Assembly (NCBI GenBank): GCA_964471275.1
Contig: CAYYGZ010000002.1
Span: forward strand, 1-55,695
Direction: 5' to 3'
DNA: 55,695 nt
Source of the DNA: an uncultured bacterium
GTDB taxonomy: Bacteria > Latescibacterota > UBA2968
The notes under the pieces were generated by a model, which worked only from the letters and a program-made list of their open reading frames with translations, made no database searches and was not told where the DNA came from. Position 1 is the first letter of the stretch, and each line of letters starts with the position of its first letter. The translations under genes were made by a program, and so were the position numbers. Below, in pieces: positions 18,569-26,813 of this stretch.

Positions 18569-20098
18569 TTAGCTGGCGCCTCGGTTGTTGCGCTGGGCTT
18601 CTTCGATGAGCATTGTGCGGATCAGTTTAGCCGCATCTTCCGGTCGGTCCGTTATCAGCTGTGCGATCCTGCCAAGGATAATTTCGTGCGGTGTCTCCGG
18701 CAGCTCCTCGCCGGCGTCGTCTTCTGCGAGTTCGCGCTGGGCCTCCATGGCGATCTCTTCCTCGCGTGCAACACCTCGGCCGATGGCACCGATGATGGCG
18801 CGGAGGATCAGGAGGGCGACGACGATCGCAATACCCTTGGCTACCTGGAAGACGATGGTCATGATCAACTCCTTCGTCTCCTCATCCTGCTGCTCTTTGG
18901 CCGCTGCCCGTTTCAGGTCCTGCGTGGCAAACTGGAAGGTGCTGATTGTGAGCAGATCCTGTCGGCTGTCGTTGAAACCCGTTGCTCCTCTGACGATCTC
19001 GGCAACGTTGTCGATGTCTGCCTGTGTTCTGCTTTCCGTTTGAAATTCACCCGGGGCCAGCCCGATCACCGGCTTTTGCTCGTTGATCATGAGCGCAGCG
19101 GTAACGCGCTTGAGGCCGCCGACAGAGCCCGTGATCTGCCGGATGGAAGAGTTGATTTCAAAGTTCGACACCGTTTCCTCTTTGGTGCCGGCCTCCGCAG
19201 AGCTTTCCTCGCTCCTCTGCTCGCTTCGCGTGACCTTCTGGTCCGGGTCGTAAGTTCTGACCGTTTCCTCACGCCGATCGAAATCGAGTTCTGCCGAGAT
19301 CCGAACAAACGCCTGATCAGGTCCGAGTACTTGGTCCAGAATGCCCTGCGTTCGTGTTTCTAAATATGCTTCGACATCACGTTGTATTTCAAGCTGTTTT
19401 GCCGTAACACGTGCCAGTGGATCCATCTCTTCGGAGAGCATGTTGCCGAGGTTGTCCACGACAGTGATCATGTTCGGGTCGAGTCCCTCTACGCTGCTTC
19501 CGACCAGTCTTTGGATGCCCTGGATCTGTGCTCGCGACAAACGCATATTCTGTCGCAGGTTCAGAATGATGGACGCCGTGGCGGGTTTCTCAGAATCTGA
19601 GAACAGGCTTGGTTTTGGTATGACGACGTGCAGGCGGACATCCTCGACCTGCTCGAGCTGAATGATAGTGCGTTTCAGTTCACCCTCAAGGGCCTGCTTG
19701 AATTTCACCTCCTGCAGGAACTCGGTCATCCCGAGCGGGACCTCATCGAAGATTTCATAACCGATAAAGCCCGTCTTCGGGAATCCTTCGGCTGCGAGTG
19801 CATTCCGGAGCATCAGGCGATCCTCCTCGGGCACCATGACGATCGATCCATCGCCGCCGACCTTGAAGTCCTGGTTCAACTCGCGCAGACGGCCTGCGAG
19901 TTCTCCCGCTTCCTTCATATCGATATCCGTGTAGAGCGGGAGATACTGGATGTTGCTGCTTTCTCCCCCGGAGAAGCTCAAGAAAAGGACAACCAGGACG
20001 AGGGCACCCGCTCCGCCTCCGATGGCCATCTTCTTCGTGCGATCCATCTCGCCGAGCATGGCCTGGAACTTCTCGATATACTCCTTGAATGCGTCCAT
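18569..20098 (-). CDS. fliF: MS-ring protein FliF
   Basis: Two TMs, PLYTDI, GYEIFD..LGMTEF..ALEGELKRTI, ARLHVVIP-like VRLHVVIPKPSLF, TASIILNL, VVDNLGNMLS. Confidence 0.97.
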   Translation of the reverse strand: MDAFKEYIEKFQAMLGEMDRTKKMAIGGGAGALVLVVLFLSFSGGESSNIQYLPLYTDIDMKEAGELAGRLRELNQDFKVGGDGSIVMVPEEDRLMLRNALAAEGFPKTGFIGYEIFDEVPLGMTEFLQEVKFKQALEGELKRTIIQLEQVEDVRLHVVIPKPSLFSDSEKPATASIILNLRQNMRLSRAQIQGIQRLVGSSVEGLDPNMITVVDNLGNMLSEEMDPLARVTAKQLEIQRDVEAYLETRTQGILDQVLGPDQAFVRISAELDFDRREETVRTYDPDQKVTRSEQRSEESSAEAGTKEETVSNFEINSSIRQITGSVGGLKRVTAALMINEQKPVIGLAPGEFQTESRTQADIDNVAEIVRGATGFNDSRQDLLTISTFQFATQDLKRAAAKEQQDEETKELIMTIVFQVAKGIAIVVALLILRAIIGAIGRGVAREEEIAMEAQRELAEDDAGEELPETPHEIILGRIAQLITDRPEDAAKLIRTMLIEEAQRNNRGAS

Positions 20099-20146
20099 AG
20101 TTGTGCGTCTTGTGTGTGTGTGGTGTGTGTCGGAAGGTCGTGTGTG

Positions 20147-20494
20147 CTAGACCTGGATTCTCATGATTTCCTGGAACGATTCCATTATCCGGTTTCGAAC
20201 CTCGATCATCAGATCGAGCGCGATTCCCGCTTCCTGTCCGGCAACCATGACCTGGTGCAGGTCCGTGATTTCCCCGGCGACAAAGGCCTCGAGTGCGTTG
20301 CCTGAACGCGCCTGCAGGTGGTTGACGTCGCCGATGAAGTCCTGGATCAGACCGAGGAACTCCTGATCTTGTGGCTTGCCGACTCCTCCGGCTCCCTCAC
20401 TCTTGAGAATGCTGCCGGACTGCTCGAGTTGGCGGAACGATTGCGTTCCTGCCGGACCATTGACGACGCTGGATATGAGGCTGTTCATGGCCAT
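20147..20494 (-). CDS. fliE: Hook-basal body protein FliE
   Basis: DLHQVMVAGQEAGIALDLMIEVRNRIMESFQEIMRIQV. Confidence 0.96.
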   Translation of the reverse strand: MAMNSLISSVVNGPAGTQSFRQLEQSGSILKSEGAGGVGKPQDQEFLGLIQDFIGDVNHLQARSGNALEAFVAGEITDLHQVMVAGQEAGIALDLMIEVRNRIMESFQEIMRIQV

Positions 20495-21217
20495 CTAGGC
20501 ACCCTCCTCATCTAGGATCGACTTGATCCGCAGGACGTTCGGGATGTAGAGTTTGGTCTGTAGAGGCAGGCGTTTTCGCTTCACGGATTCGGGACCGGCG
20601 TTGTAACCCCAGAGCGCCAGATCGACCCGTTTGAAGCGTTTGAGCAATGTGCTCAGGTATCGTGTGCCACCGTATATGTTCTGAGCAGGGACAAAGCTGT
20701 TGCTGACTCCGATATCGGAGGCTGTACCCGGCATCAACTGCATCAGTCCCTCTGCGCCCTCGGTCGAGACGGCATTCCTGTCGCCGGCAGATTCCACGTA
20801 GATGATCGCGCGGACCAGGTTGGGCTCAAGGTCGTTCATGTTGCTGTAAGTCTTGATGAGAGGATCATACTGGGAAATCCGGTCGAGTATCGCCCCACTC
20901 AGCCCGCTCGGTTTGCCGACCGCGGGTGTCGCCGGCCTGTGGATGGGCACGAGTGCGGCCAGAGGATCCGACTCGCGTACGAAAGGTGTGTGAGGAATCG
21001 TGATCTGATCCATTGGTGACGGCTGCGATCGCGGCAGGATCTTTCGCCCCGTACTCTTGTAAACGATTTGTCGGAAGACGTCAGGTTGCGTGCTGCGTGC
21101 GATTACGGCGCGTGCGCTGTTGTAGTTGAGTTGATCAGCTACAGATGGTGTTTCTCTCGCGATCAATTCGCTCGACGCAATGAGGGCCACTGCAATGATG
21201 AGTATGTGTCTTCGCAT
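20495..21217 (-). CDS. Secreted lytic transglycosylase (SLT domain)
   Basis: Signal peptide MRRHILIIAVALIASS; AIIYVES (catalytic Glu), GLMQLMP, YNAGP motifs; abuts fliE. Confidence 0.93.
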   Translation of the reverse strand: MRRHILIIAVALIASSELIARETPSVADQLNYNSARAVIARSTQPDVFRQIVYKSTGRKILPRSQPSPMDQITIPHTPFVRESDPLAALVPIHRPATPAVGKPSGLSGAILDRISQYDPLIKTYSNMNDLEPNLVRAIIYVESAGDRNAVSTEGAEGLMQLMPGTASDIGVSNSFVPAQNIYGGTRYLSTLLKRFKRVDLALWGYNAGPESVKRKRLPLQTKLYIPNVLRIKSILDEEGA

Positions 21218-21260
21218 AGGGGAAGGTCTTCTGTCTTCGCTACTTGTGTCGGGATGATCG

Positions 21261-21572
21261 TCAGGCCCGCAGATCGAGTTGAGTTCCGAGAATAGACGGT
21301 TCGTCAACCGGGTCGCCGTTGCCAGAGTAGACGGGAGCCTTGCCCGTCGTAAAGGCTGCAGCGAGCGATTGCTGCTCCTGCGGGCTCAGCACGCGCAACA
21401 GCCCGGCCCCCTCGAGACCGGCAGGCGGTCGGGCGATTTCGGTCGGCGGTGACGATGGGGTCGCTGCCACATCGTGCGAAGACGCCGACGCGTCGCTTCG
21501 AATGTCCAGGCGACCACCAATACGAGATGATCCCGATGGTGCGATCAATGTTTGCAGGGACTGGATGTTCAT
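21261..21572 (-). CDS. Hypothetical flagellar-operon protein (103 aa)
   Basis: ATG 13 nt after the flgB stop; disordered N-terminus, LSPQEQQSLAAAF, ends ILGTQLDLRA. Confidence 0.7.
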   Translation of the reverse strand: MNIQSLQTLIAPSGSSRIGGRLDIRSDASASSHDVAATPSSPPTEIARPPAGLEGAGLLRVLSPQEQQSLAAAFTTGKAPVYSGNGDPVDEPSILGTQLDLRA

Positions 21573-21585
21573 TTCAGCTTACCCT

Positions 21586-22008
21586 CTAGCCTCTGACCTG
21601 ACCGGTAATGGATTTTCTGAGTGCGCGGAATTTCTGGCTGACGAGGTGGCTACCGATGTTGTACATCAGGTGGTTCTCTGCGAGATCGGCCATTTCCTGA
21701 TCGACATCCACGTTGTTGATTCCCGTGGTATTCGGCCCCGGATCCTGCTCCAGGATCTTGGGTTTTGCAAGCGGGTTCGGGTTGCCAACTGGCATGTGCC
21801 GGCTATTCGTCTTGGAGCCGACGACGGCAGGGGGTACGACAGCAGCTTTCAGATACGAAGCGAAGTCAACTTCTTTTCGCTTGTAGTTGACGGTGTTGAC
21901 GTTTGATATATTGTTTGAGATAGCACGGTGCCTGAGCGATGTGACGTTGAGTACCTTGTTCAGCAGGGGTATGCTCGTCTTGTTCAGTATTAGGTTGCGA
22001 ACCAACAT
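21586..22008 (-). CDS. flgB: Basal-body rod protein FlgB
   Basis: RHRAISNNISNVNTVNYKRKEVDF, NNVDVDQEMADLAEN. Confidence 0.96.
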   Translation of the reverse strand: MLVRNLILNKTSIPLLNKVLNVTSLRHRAISNNISNVNTVNYKRKEVDFASYLKAAVVPPAVVGSKTNSRHMPVGNPNPLAKPKILEQDPGPNTTGINNVDVDQEMADLAENHLMYNIGSHLVSQKFRALRKSITGQVRG

Positions 22009-22065
22009 GCTTTCGCTCCGCGTAACAGGTGGATTGCCCTAGCCGGAATGAACCGGCAATCAGAA

Positions 22066-22083
22066 TAGCAAAGCCTGTACCCT
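22066..22083 (-). promoter_or_regulatory. Putative sigma54 promoter of the flgB operon
   Basis: Minus strand AGGGTACAGGCTTTGCTA; GG-N10-GC with a TTGCT -12 element, ~58 nt before the flgB ATG. Confidence 0.65.
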
Positions 22084-22236
22084 GTCCCAGTATCGGAGAC
22101 AGGCACAGGGAATGCGAGCCTTAAATGCTTAATTTGCAATACCATACGAGAGTGTTCCAGGAGGGCGAGGGGTGGTCTTGTCAGTAAATTCAGAGAAAAT
22201 CTTTCCATCGGCCCCGGAACGGGTAGGTATCCCCGT

Positions 22237-22914
22237 ATGATCGGCTCTGATCTGACGGTCTTGTGGCTCTCGGCCAAGGTTGCCGTGTGTTGTGTTCTCA
22301 TCAGCCTTCCCTTTGGCCTAGCTCTGGGAGCGATCCTCGCTCGGTTCGAGTTTCGCGGTAAGTCGCTACTCGACGGGATATGCCACCTGCCGCTGGTGCT
22401 GCCGCCGGTTGTCACGGGTTATCTCCTGCTGATGGTGTTTGGCAGGCGGGGTCCGATCGGTTCACTCTTGGAAGGGGTCATGGGGATGCATCTGGCGTTC
22501 GATTGGAAGGGAGCGGTGCTTGCGTCGGCGGTAGTGGGTTTCCCACTCATGCTGCGGGCGATTCGGCAGGGGTTCGAATCTATCGATCCAAGGTTGGAAG
22601 CGGCTGCCCGAACGCTCGGGGCCAAACCGATCATCGCCTTCCGTTCGGTCACTCTACGACTCGCCCTGCCTGCCGTGGGAGTCGGATGCCTTCTGTCGTT
22701 CGCGAGAAGTCTGGGCGAATTTGGTGCGACGATCACATTTGTCTCCAACATACCCGGTGAGACACAGACACTGCCGCTGGCCGTGTTTTCGTATCTGAAT
22801 CAGCCGGGGGGGAATGCTGCCGCGGTCCGGCTGGTCGCCATCTCAATCACTCTCTCGTTTCTGGCGATACTGGCGAGCAATCGGCTTGGTATCTACCTGA
22901 GGAAGGATCGCTGA
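22237..22914 (+). CDS. modB: Molybdate ABC transporter permease
   Basis: LPLVLPPVVTGYLLL, EAAARTLGA, FARSLGEFGATI...NIPGETQTLP. Confidence 0.96.
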   Translation: MIGSDLTVLWLSAKVAVCCVLISLPFGLALGAILARFEFRGKSLLDGICHLPLVLPPVVTGYLLLMVFGRRGPIGSLLEGVMGMHLAFDWKGAVLASAVVGFPLMLRAIRQGFESIDPRLEAAARTLGAKPIIAFRSVTLRLALPAVGVGCLLSFARSLGEFGATITFVSNIPGETQTLPLAVFSYLNQPGGNAAAVRLVAISITLSFLAILASNRLGIYLRKDR

Positions 22915-23978
22915 TGCTGACGCTGAATGTCCGGAAGCACTTCGGGACCTTCACACTCGAAGCGTCTGCCGAGTGTCGCTATCCGGTAACGGCTGTGTTT
23001 GGGCCATCCGGCAGTGGGAAGACGACACTTCTGAATCTGATTGCCGGTCTTGAGAAGCCGGATTGCGGCTGGATTGGCCTGGGCGATCGTGTTCTGGTGG
23101 ATACGGGAACTGCGACCCACCTGCCTCCCGAGGTCCGAGGCGTAGGCTACGTCTTTCAGGATGCCCTTCTCTTCCCTCATCTGGATGTGCGTGGAAATCT
23201 GATCTTTGCTGATCGGCTGAGGGCAAGGAATTCGCGTATCACGATGTCCCAGGTTCTGGATCTCCTGGATCTTGACCTTCTTGTTGATCGGTCGCCTCGT
23301 GACCTGTCCGGCGGGGAACGTCAGCGTGTGGCTCTGGGTCGTGCGCTGCTTTCTTCACCAGAACTCCTGCTCCTTGATGAGCCGCTTGCTTCGTTGGATG
23401 TGGGTCTCAAGGATCGAATTATCCCGTATCTGCGTCATATTCGTGATGAGCTACAGATCCCAATGGTCTACGTAAGTCACTCGGTCGGGGAAATCCTGCA
23501 ATTGACGGGTCAGGTCCTGGTGCTGAACAAGGGGCGTGTTGTCGCATCAGGTGACTTCTTCGACGTGGCGCACAAACCCGAAGTTCTGCCGCTGCTCGGT
23601 GAGTTCGGGTTCGAGAACGTGCTTCGCGTATCCGTTTCGGAGCAGAGACCTGGTGACGGAGTAACGGAAGTCGCCTACCGCGATCAGACGCTGAAGATAC
23701 CGTACGCTTCAGGGCAGATCGGGGATGATCTCTTTGTCGGGATCCGGGCAAACGATGTGATCCTGGCGAGCAAGACGCCCGGCGGCGTCAGCATCCGGAA
23801 TGTCCTGAGGGGAACGGTTGCAGAGATCCGTGATGCACAAGGTATGAAGATGGTTTCGGTGGACGTTGGGAAGCGGTTGCTGGCCGAGGTAACGGGGGAG
23901 GCGGTCACCGAACTCGGTATCACCGTCGGTGAACCGATATACTGCCTGATCAAGACGCACTCCATTCGCGTCGCTTGA
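22914..23978 (+). CDS. modC: Molybdate ABC transporter ATP-binding protein
   Basis: GPSGSGKT, LSGGERQRVALGRAL, LLLDEP, C-terminal TOBE (SIRNVLRGTV...YCLIK). Confidence 0.96.
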   Translation: MLTLNVRKHFGTFTLEASAECRYPVTAVFGPSGSGKTTLLNLIAGLEKPDCGWIGLGDRVLVDTGTATHLPPEVRGVGYVFQDALLFPHLDVRGNLIFADRLRARNSRITMSQVLDLLDLDLLVDRSPRDLSGGERQRVALGRALLSSPELLLLDEPLASLDVGLKDRIIPYLRHIRDELQIPMVYVSHSVGEILQLTGQVLVLNKGRVVASGDFFDVAHKPEVLPLLGEFGFENVLRVSVSEQRPGDGVTEVAYRDQTLKIPYASGQIGDDLFVGIRANDVILASKTPGGVSIRNVLRGTVAEIRDAQGMKMVSVDVGKRLLAEVTGEAVTELGITVGEPIYCLIKTHSIRVA

Positions 23979-23989
23979 CCGGAGGAACC

Positions 23990-24027
23990 AAAAAAGGCGA
24001 CGCCCACGGGAGGGTGTGAGCGTCGCC
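23990..24027 (-). terminator. Intrinsic terminator between convergent modC and the hypothetical gene
   Basis: Minus strand GGCGACGCTCAC...GTGGGCGTCGCC followed by TTTTTT. Confidence 0.75.
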
Positions 24028-24052
24028 ATACTCCGGTATACGGCGGGGCTCG

Positions 24053-24646
24053 TTAACGGGCTCTCAACAATGCTACCTTGCCTTCTGTCAGTCGCCGCGT
24101 TCCCTTTTCCTGCTGCAACAGGTGCATTTCTCGTCTCCAGGGATTGTGCTCCACAAGTTGCTGCCACTCCGTTGTCCCCGGGTATTCATTCCCTTCCTCC
24201 ACAGCTTCGTCGAACGCCGCGATCAACTGCAGCTTCGTCCGCACGTCCAGCTGATGGATTGTCAAGACTACGCCCACACCGTTGCTATCCTCGCCAACCG
24301 ATTTGATGGCAACCAACTCCGGTGGGGGTAAGGGAAGTAATACGCCAGCAGCGTATTGGAGTGTTTCGATCGACGTGCTGCTTTCCATCAGCCGCAGCAT
24401 ACACGCGTGTATCCTGACCAGCCGTGCCGTCTGGTAGGATGCCGGAAGCTCACCTGGATCCGAGTAATGAGAGAGGATGTTTCTCTCACGTGGCGTACTA
24501 TACGAGACCACGAGATTCGATATACGGCAGATCTGCTCCAGAGAAATCAGATCCAGGCGCGTTCCCTCACCTAGGACGTCCACCGGGGCCGTGACGAGCA
24601 AGACCACCAACGCTAGGACGGGAGGTTTCGGGGAGTTTCGCCGCAC
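24053..24646 (-). CDS. Hypothetical secreted protein
   Basis: 197-aa ORF with a signal-peptide-like start, followed by a terminator; no recognisable family. Confidence 0.55.
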   Translation of the reverse strand: MRRNSPKPPVLALVVLLVTAPVDVLGEGTRLDLISLEQICRISNLVVSYSTPRERNILSHYSDPGELPASYQTARLVRIHACMLRLMESSTSIETLQYAAGVLLPLPPPELVAIKSVGEDSNGVGVVLTIHQLDVRTKLQLIAAFDEAVEEGNEYPGTTEWQQLVEHNPWRREMHLLQQEKGTRRLTEGKVALLRAR

Positions 24647-24740
24647 GGATCAATCTCTTAGCACATCTAATGCATATAAGCGACACAATACGCTGCGCAG
24701 CAGCCATCGTGCTGTAGCTGGTGCGTAGGTGTGGATGTGA

Positions 24741-25796
24741 CTCGCGATCAACGCGTCAGGTTCTGCCTGGGTCTTCGGCGGCACCACTGACGAACGGTGA
24801 AAGTGCAGCTTGCCCATCACCGGGCAGGCCCCCACCGGCTACTACCAATTCAAAACAACAGAACCCGACGGCCGTCTGATCGGCCGATGGAGCAGCATAC
24901 TTCTGAATGCCGGGTACGAAGTGCACCTTGCTTTCAATACGAATGGCTCTCGTTCGAGTTACCCGATTCCGCATCCAAGCATTCGCCGATTTGCGATTCC
25001 TGGGGGAGGTGAACTGAAAATGGTGCATCTGTCGGGAGGGGCGTTTGTGATGGGCTCCCGCGAAGGTGAGCGTGGACGCGGCGTGGACGAAGGCCCGTCG
25101 ACAACCGTGACGTTGACCGAAGGACTCTATGTGAGCAGATGCGAGATCACTCAGAAGCAGTGGCGCAATGTCGTCGGTACGGCGCCCTGGCAATCCTACA
25201 GAGAGACGGCAGAACGATTCGGACTGGCTGTGACGGTCGCCGAGGATGGGGACTTCTATCCTGTCGAGAGTGTGGGATGGGATGGCGTTCAACTGTTCAT
25301 CGATGCTCTGAACTCTCACGCAGGAGCAGATGTCTACTGACTGCCTACCGAGGCAGAATGGGAGTATTTTGCTCGTGCCGGTTCAGAGGGCCGGTGGTCC
25401 TTTGGGGAAACCGAAGAGCAGATCGAAGACTTCGGTTGGGTTCGCGGGAACACGATCGACCAGGGAGAGCCGTATGCACATGCGGTCGGGTTGAAGCTGC
25501 CGAATCGGTGGGGGTTGTATGATGTGTATGGCAACGTCGCCGAATGGGTGCAGGACTGGTATCGTCCGTATCGCGGCGGTCATCTGACCGGCCCTGCCGG
25601 ACCGCTGTCCGGCATCCATGCTGACTGCGGCTACCGATCCAAGAAGGTCGTTCGCGGCGGATCGGTCGTCGACACGGTGCCCCGATCCGCTGACCGAAGC
25701 TTCTCGGACACGGAAGGAATAGGGAGTGGAACCGGGTTCCGACTGGTTCGTGTGGTCGATCGTGTGGCGGAGGCGAGGCTGGTGAATCGTCGCTGA
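24741..25796 (+). pseudogene. Formylglycine-generating-enzyme (FGE/SUMF1) domain protein interrupted by in-frame stops
   Basis: FVMGS...E.P...V, EITQKQW, YPVESVGW, Y*LPTEAEWEYFARAG (TGA 25338-25340 at the conserved Arg), PNRWGLYDVYGNVAEW, VVRGGS, GFRLV; further in-frame TGA at 24798. Confidence 0.85.
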
Positions 25797-25826
25797 CAGT
25801 CTACTTGCATACAGACAGGCAAGAAC

Positions 25827-25860
25827 AAGGGCCGCTTCCTGCAATCGGAGGCGGCCCTTT
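25827..25860. terminator. Bidirectional terminator hairpin
   Basis: AAGGGCCGCTTCC...GGAGGCGGCCCTTT between convergent genes. Confidence 0.75.
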
Positions 25861-25880
25861 GCGTTTGGATCCTGTCCAGG

Positions 25881-26318
25881 CTATGCGGCGTGGCCAGCGA
25901 CATAGTCCTTGAGGTCTTCCATCTGGTGCTTGAGATAGGTGAGCTGAGACTTCACGAGGTCACCGATAGAGATGATGCCGACCAGTTTCGCTCCCTCAAG
26001 GATGGGTACGTGGCGGAAGCGGTTCTCTGTCATCTGCTCCATGACGGACTCGATTCCGTCATCTCGTCTTGCTGAAATGATGTTCTCGGTCATGACCTCT
26101 TCGACCAGCCGCTCTTCCAGGTCCGCTCGATTGTAGACCTCTCGCATCAGGTCACGCTCTGTGATGATCCCGACGACATCACCCGAGGCGTCCTTGACTG
26201 GAAGCGCCCCGACTTTATTGTCGACCATCGTTTCGAGCGCCTGACGGAGTGTGAGGCCCGGGCTGACGAAAACGACCCGTGAGCTCTTCTTGTTGAGCAT
26301 ATCTCTGACACTTGTCAT
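25881..26318 (-). CDS. Stand-alone CBS-pair protein
   Basis: MTSVRDML..., VGALPV...GIITERD, RFRHVPI...GIISIGDLVK. Confidence 0.95.
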   Translation of the reverse strand: MTSVRDMLNKKSSRVVFVSPGLTLRQALETMVDNKVGALPVKDASGDVVGIITERDLMREVYNRADLEERLVEEVMTENIISARRDDGIESVMEQMTENRFRHVPILEGAKLVGIISIGDLVKSQLTYLKHQMEDLKDYVAGHAA

Positions 26319-26379
26319 CGCGACTCTCTTTGTCGGAATTCTGTCTCCGGGCAGGGGAGTGTGCTCACTGAGCACGGAA

Positions 26380-26650
26380 TAAAGAAGCGGCCGCTGCGGG
26401 GTTGGTGTTTATGTCCGCAACGGCCGCCAGTAACAGCCCGGTGGCATAATGCCCTCCTCTTGACTGTGTGCGGCCCGCAACTCACGTCCGCGACCCCTCG
26501 GTGTGAGCCATCGACTCTCCGTTTCACCCGCTCTTGGATGTTTGATCCAGTGGTAGGGGGAGTTGCACCCGACGCACATTAGAGGGTGAATCACCGGAGC
26601 GAGGCTGGGTCCTTTCGGACGGTATGCCGCCGCTTCTGACTACTTGTTGC
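26380..26650 (-). ncRNA. Candidate large structured RNA or leader (~270 nt) with uORF and intrinsic terminator
   Basis: Own promoter, 5'/3' closing helix, GAAA tetraloop hairpin, long multibranch stem, possible pseudoknot, 13-bp terminator with UUCUUU tail. Confidence 0.6.
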
Positions 26651-26655
26651 TCGGA

Positions 26656-26683
26656 AATATAGCAGACCAATTCTACACGTCAA
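26656..26683 (-). promoter_or_regulatory. Sigma70 promoter with extended -10 driving the structured RNA
   Basis: TTGACG-N16-TATATT with TGn before the -10 and an AT-rich UP-like region upstream. Confidence 0.75.
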
Positions 26684-26813
26684 GAAGAAATTATACTATA
26701 AAGTAGATAATCTAATTTATTGAATGGGTGTCTGTTAGCGCGGTTTACTCTGTCGTTCGTCGAGCGCATATTGTCGGCCTAATCACACCTGGAACTCCAT
26801 TAAAGGACGGCTT

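Noticed and set aside
2..20305. Long plus-strand ORFs opposite flagellar genes (e.g. 18167-19363, 19628-20305, 52-681)
   Set aside because: Antisense shadows typical of GC-rich coding DNA; no recognisable motifs.
1..22008. Non-flagellar injectisome (T3SS)
   Set aside because: Hook, hook cap, rod, FliO and stator genes are flagellar; no secretin, needle or translocon genes are seen.
26551..26575. GGGTGCAACTCCC...ACCA as a tRNA/tmRNA 3' end or cobalamin riboswitch core
   Set aside because: No acceptor stem of proper length, no D or anticodon arms, no tag reading frame, and no GGGAA/GCCACTG B12-box arrangement.
26380..26650. Retron msr-msd or group II intron fragment
   Set aside because: The closing inverted repeat is reminiscent, but there is no reverse transcriptase in the window and no domain V motif.
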